Source: an uncultured Nitrospirota bacterium (GTDB taxonomy: Bacteria > Nitrospirota > Nitrospiria > JACQBZ01). Taken from it: a stretch of DNA of 37,672 bases. Positions 35,519 to 37,672 of the stretch are shown here, one piece after another (positions within the stretch are counted from its first letter, which is position 1; each line of letters opens with the position of its first letter). The notes under the pieces were generated by a model, which worked only from the letters and a program-made list of their open reading frames with translations, was not told the DNA's origin and searched no databases. Both the position numbers and the translations under genes were made by a program. The DNA lies in assembly GCA_964372835.1 (NCBI GenBank), contig CAYJTJ010000001.1, forward strand, positions 15,793 to 53,464, written 5' to 3'.

Positions 35519-36354
35519 CGGAATCCAAACCCTTTATTCTTGGTGGCGGGGTTGAAGAAGCTTCGGTTGAAATTGGGCGCACTGATACCACAATGGTAAC
35601 CTGAGCAATCGACCCAGGAGCCGCCCTTTAGGACGCGATATTTTTCACCGTAATTTTCCGTGGGGCGTTTGTTGTTGGCGTAGGCCTTATACCAGCTGGC
35701 GGTCCATTCCCAGACATTTCCCGACAGGTCCGATACCCCGTAGGGACTGTCCCCCTGCGGAAACTTTCCAACGGGGGCGGTTCCTCCCAATTTCAGTTGC
35801 GGTGTGTTGGCCTTCTTCGCGTCGAAGTCATTCCCCCAAGGGAACCAACGTCCGTCCGTTCCCCGCGCGGCTTTCTCCCACTCGATATCGACGGGAAGAC
35901 GTTTGCCCAACCAGTGGCAGTAGTCGTTGGCGTCGAACCAGGTCACGAACGTCACGGGATGCCGACCGATGTCGGTGAAAACCTGGCCGTTGACCCAGTG
36001 GACGGGGGGTTGTCGCCCCGACGCGTCGACAAACTTCTTGTAGTCGTTGTTGGTGGCCTCGAACTTATCGATATAGAAACGGTCGGTAAAGACGGTGTGC
36101 GTGGGACCTTCGTCGGGCCAACGGTCATCCGATCCCATGATAAACGGCCCCTCGGGGATGAGGATCATGCCGGGCGGAGCCGGCACATTCGACCCGCCCT
36201 TAGGGGGCGGATCGAGCGCGCTTCGGGCGCCCGCGATCACGGCCAGCGTCATCAGAGCCGATAGCCCGAGGACCGAGAAGATGTGACCGATTTTATGTCG
36301 ATGAAGCGATGGGATCATTCCGATTCGAGCGGGACCCGTCGAATATGGTTCCAT
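35500..36354 (-). CDS. Exported FGE-sulfatase domain protein retaining a CxxxxC pair (candidate true formylglycine-generating enzyme)
   Basis: Signal anchor [21 protein letters not shown]. Strings [56 protein letters not shown] and [15 protein letters not shown]...GFGFRCA. The start is uncertain: ATG 36354 has no RBS, and ATG 36318 (M13) is the alternative. Confidence 0.8.
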   Translation of the reverse strand: MEPYSTGPARIGMIPSLHRHKIGHIFSVLGLSALMTLAVIAGARSALDPPPKGGSNVPAPPGMILIPEGPFIMGSDDRWPDEGPTHTVFTDRFYIDKFEATNNDYKKFVDASGRQPPVHWVNGQVFTDIGRHPVTFVTWFDANDYCHWLGKRLPVDIEWEKAARGTDGRWFPWGNDFDAKKANTPQLKLGGTAPVGKFPQGDSPYGVSDLSGNVWEWTASWYKAYANNKRPTENYGEKYRVLKGGSWVDCSGYHCGISAPNFNRSFFNPATKNKGFGFRCALSA

Positions 36355-36436
36355 GATAACAGGGAATCAAGGACCCGTCAAGGACAACCTGCGCCCAGCG
36401 CGTCCTGTTTCCGGCGGCAGATCCGCATCGATGGAA

Positions 36437-36465
36437 TTGACTATTTCAAAGAAGCGTGTTAAATT
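36437..36465 (+). promoter_or_regulatory. Sigma70-type promoter candidate for serS
   Basis: TTGACT (36437-36442), a 17 nt spacer ending in TGt (extended -10), then TAAATT (36460-36465). It lies ~35 nt upstream of the serS TTG start. Confidence 0.45.
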
Positions 36466-36499
36466 TCACAATTCGGAATTTCAACGGTGGAAGGCCCCC

Positions 36500-37672
36500 T
36501 TGCTGGACATTAAATACATTCGGGAAAAGGCCGACCCGGTTCGGCGGAAAATGAAGGATCGAGGTCAGGACCCCGATCTCGAGGGATTACTCCACCTGGA
36601 GCAGGAGCGACGGAGCCTGTTGGGCGAGGTGGAGGAATTCAAGCACCGGCGCAAGGTCTCTTCGGCCGAGATGGCCCGCCTTAAGGACCGGCCGAAGGAG
36701 GCCGGGATTCTGCAGGCCGAGATGAAAAACCTCTCGGATCGGATCCGGGATCTGGACGGGCGGGTCCGTGATATTGATCGAAAGCTTGAGGAAGGTCTTC
36801 TCCTTCTTCCCAATCTGGCCCACGATTCGGTGCCGGTGGGGCGCGACGAAAAGGAGAACAGGGAAATCCGAAAATGGGGGGAGAAGCCCCGCCTCGGTTT
36901 CCCGCCAAAATCCCATTGGGATATCGGGGAAGATCTCGGGATCCTCGATTTTGAAAGGGCAACCCGCGTGGCCGGTGCCCGGTTCGTGTTCTATAAAGGA
37001 CTCGGGGCGCGTCTTGAGCGGGCGCTGATGAATTTCATGCTGGACCTCCATACCCGCGAGCACGGATACGAGGAGATCCTTCCCCCCTTGATGGTAAACC
37101 GAGCCGCCATGACGGCGACGGGTCAGCTCCCCCGTTTCGAGGAGGATCTGTTTCGGATACCGACGGACGATTTCTTTTTAATCCCCACGGCCGAAGTGCC
37201 CGTGACGAATATGCACCGTGACGAGATTCTGGAAGAGAATCGGCTTCCGATCTCCTATGTGGCCTTCAGCGCCTGTTTTCGTCGAGAGGCCGGCTCCTAC
37301 GGGAAGGACACCCGCGGTTTGATCCGACAGCACCAGTTCAACAAGGTCGAGCTCGTTAAGTTCACGACGCCCGAACGGTCCTATGAGGACCTCGAGCGGC
37401 TCTTAGGCGACGCCGAGACGGTTCTCCAGCGACTGGGGCTTCACTATCGCGTCATGCTTCTTTGCACCGGGGACATGAGCTTCGCCTCGGCCAAGACCTA
37501 TGACATCGAGGCATGGCTTCCCGGGCAGAACGTTTTCCGCGAGGTGTCCTCGTGCAGCAACTTTGAGGCCTTTCAGGCCCGCCGGGCCGGGATCCGGTAC
37601 CGGGCGAATGCCGGGAAGAAAACCGAGTTTCTGCACACGTTGAACGGCTCCGGCCTCGCGATCGGGCGGACG
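36500..37672 (+). CDS. serS: Seryl-tRNA synthetase (3' end outside window)
   Basis: Not in the ORF track because the frame never closes. My translation from TTG 36500 gives (M)[22 protein letters not shown]..., then a coiled-coil arm. Class II motifs follow: [25 protein letters not shown] and [12 protein letters not shown]. The frame is open through nt 37672. Confidence 0.9.
   Translation, partial: MLDIKYIREKADPVRRKMKDRGQDPDLEGLLHLEQERRSLLGEVEEFKHRRKVSSAEMARLKDRPKEAGILQAEMKNLSDRIRDLDGRVRDIDRKLEEGLLLLPNLAHDSVPVGRDEKENREIRKWGEKPRLGFPPKSHWDIGEDLGILDFERATRVAGARFVFYKGLGARLERALMNFMLDLHTREHGYEEILPPLMVNRAAMTATGQLPRFEEDLFRIPTDDFFLIPTAEVPVTNMHRDEILEENRLPISYVAFSACFRREAGSYGKDTRGLIRQHQFNKVELVKFTTPERSYEDLERLLGDAETVLQRLGLHYRVMLLCTGDMSFASAKTYDIEAWLPGQNVFREVSSCSNFEAFQARRAGIRYRANAGKKTEFLHTLNGSGLAIGRT

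Noticed and set aside
1-37672. Scan for CRISPR arrays, tRNA/rRNA/tmRNA, IS elements, integrases and toxin-antitoxin pairs
   Set aside because: I saw no regularly spaced direct repeats, no tRNA-like T-arm (GGTTCGAATCC-type) context in the intergenic regions, no transposase/integrase-like ORFs and no small paired ORFs. This was an eye scan only, so a proper tRNAscan/Infernal/CRISPR finder run could still find something I missed.

Overview
High-GC (roughly 60% by eye) chromosomal window from a diderm bacterium; I cannot assign the taxon from sequence alone. nt 1-17,000 (+ strand) holds a 5'-truncated beta-sandwich repeat protein, then a compact, non-canonical type II secretion (T2SS) locus. That locus starts with an ExeA/GspA-like ATPase translationally coupled to a rhomboid protease, followed by an AT-rich spacer with a near-consensus sigma70 promoter. 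Next come gspC-D-E-F-G-H-I-J-N-L-M in an almost gap-free train, an opposite-strand lipoprotein gene, and a displaced gspK. No prepilin peptidase (gspO) is in the window. nt 17,000-20,400 holds a small exported protein, a UvrD/PcrA-type helicase and an orphan exported protein with its own strong promoter. nt 20,386-34,254 (- strand) is one ~14 kb nearly gap-free co-directional train: rho-rpmE-prfA-prmC-murA-hisG-hisD-hisB-hisH-(lipoprotein)-hisA-hisF-hisIE-HIT-znuA-znuC-znuB. nt 34,646-36,354 (-) holds two tandem exported FGE/SUMF1-domain paralogues, only one of which keeps the catalytic Cys pair. nt 36,500-end (+) is serS, 3'-truncated and absent from the ORF track. I saw no rRNA, tRNA, CRISPR array, transposase/integrase or recognisable defence genes. 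Most of the window is housekeeping. The candidates for something undescribed are (i) the GspA-rhomboid module and the unusual T2SS architecture, (ii) the FGE-like pair, and (iii) the lipoprotein wedged into the his operon. All family calls come from motif recognition by eye, not from database searches.
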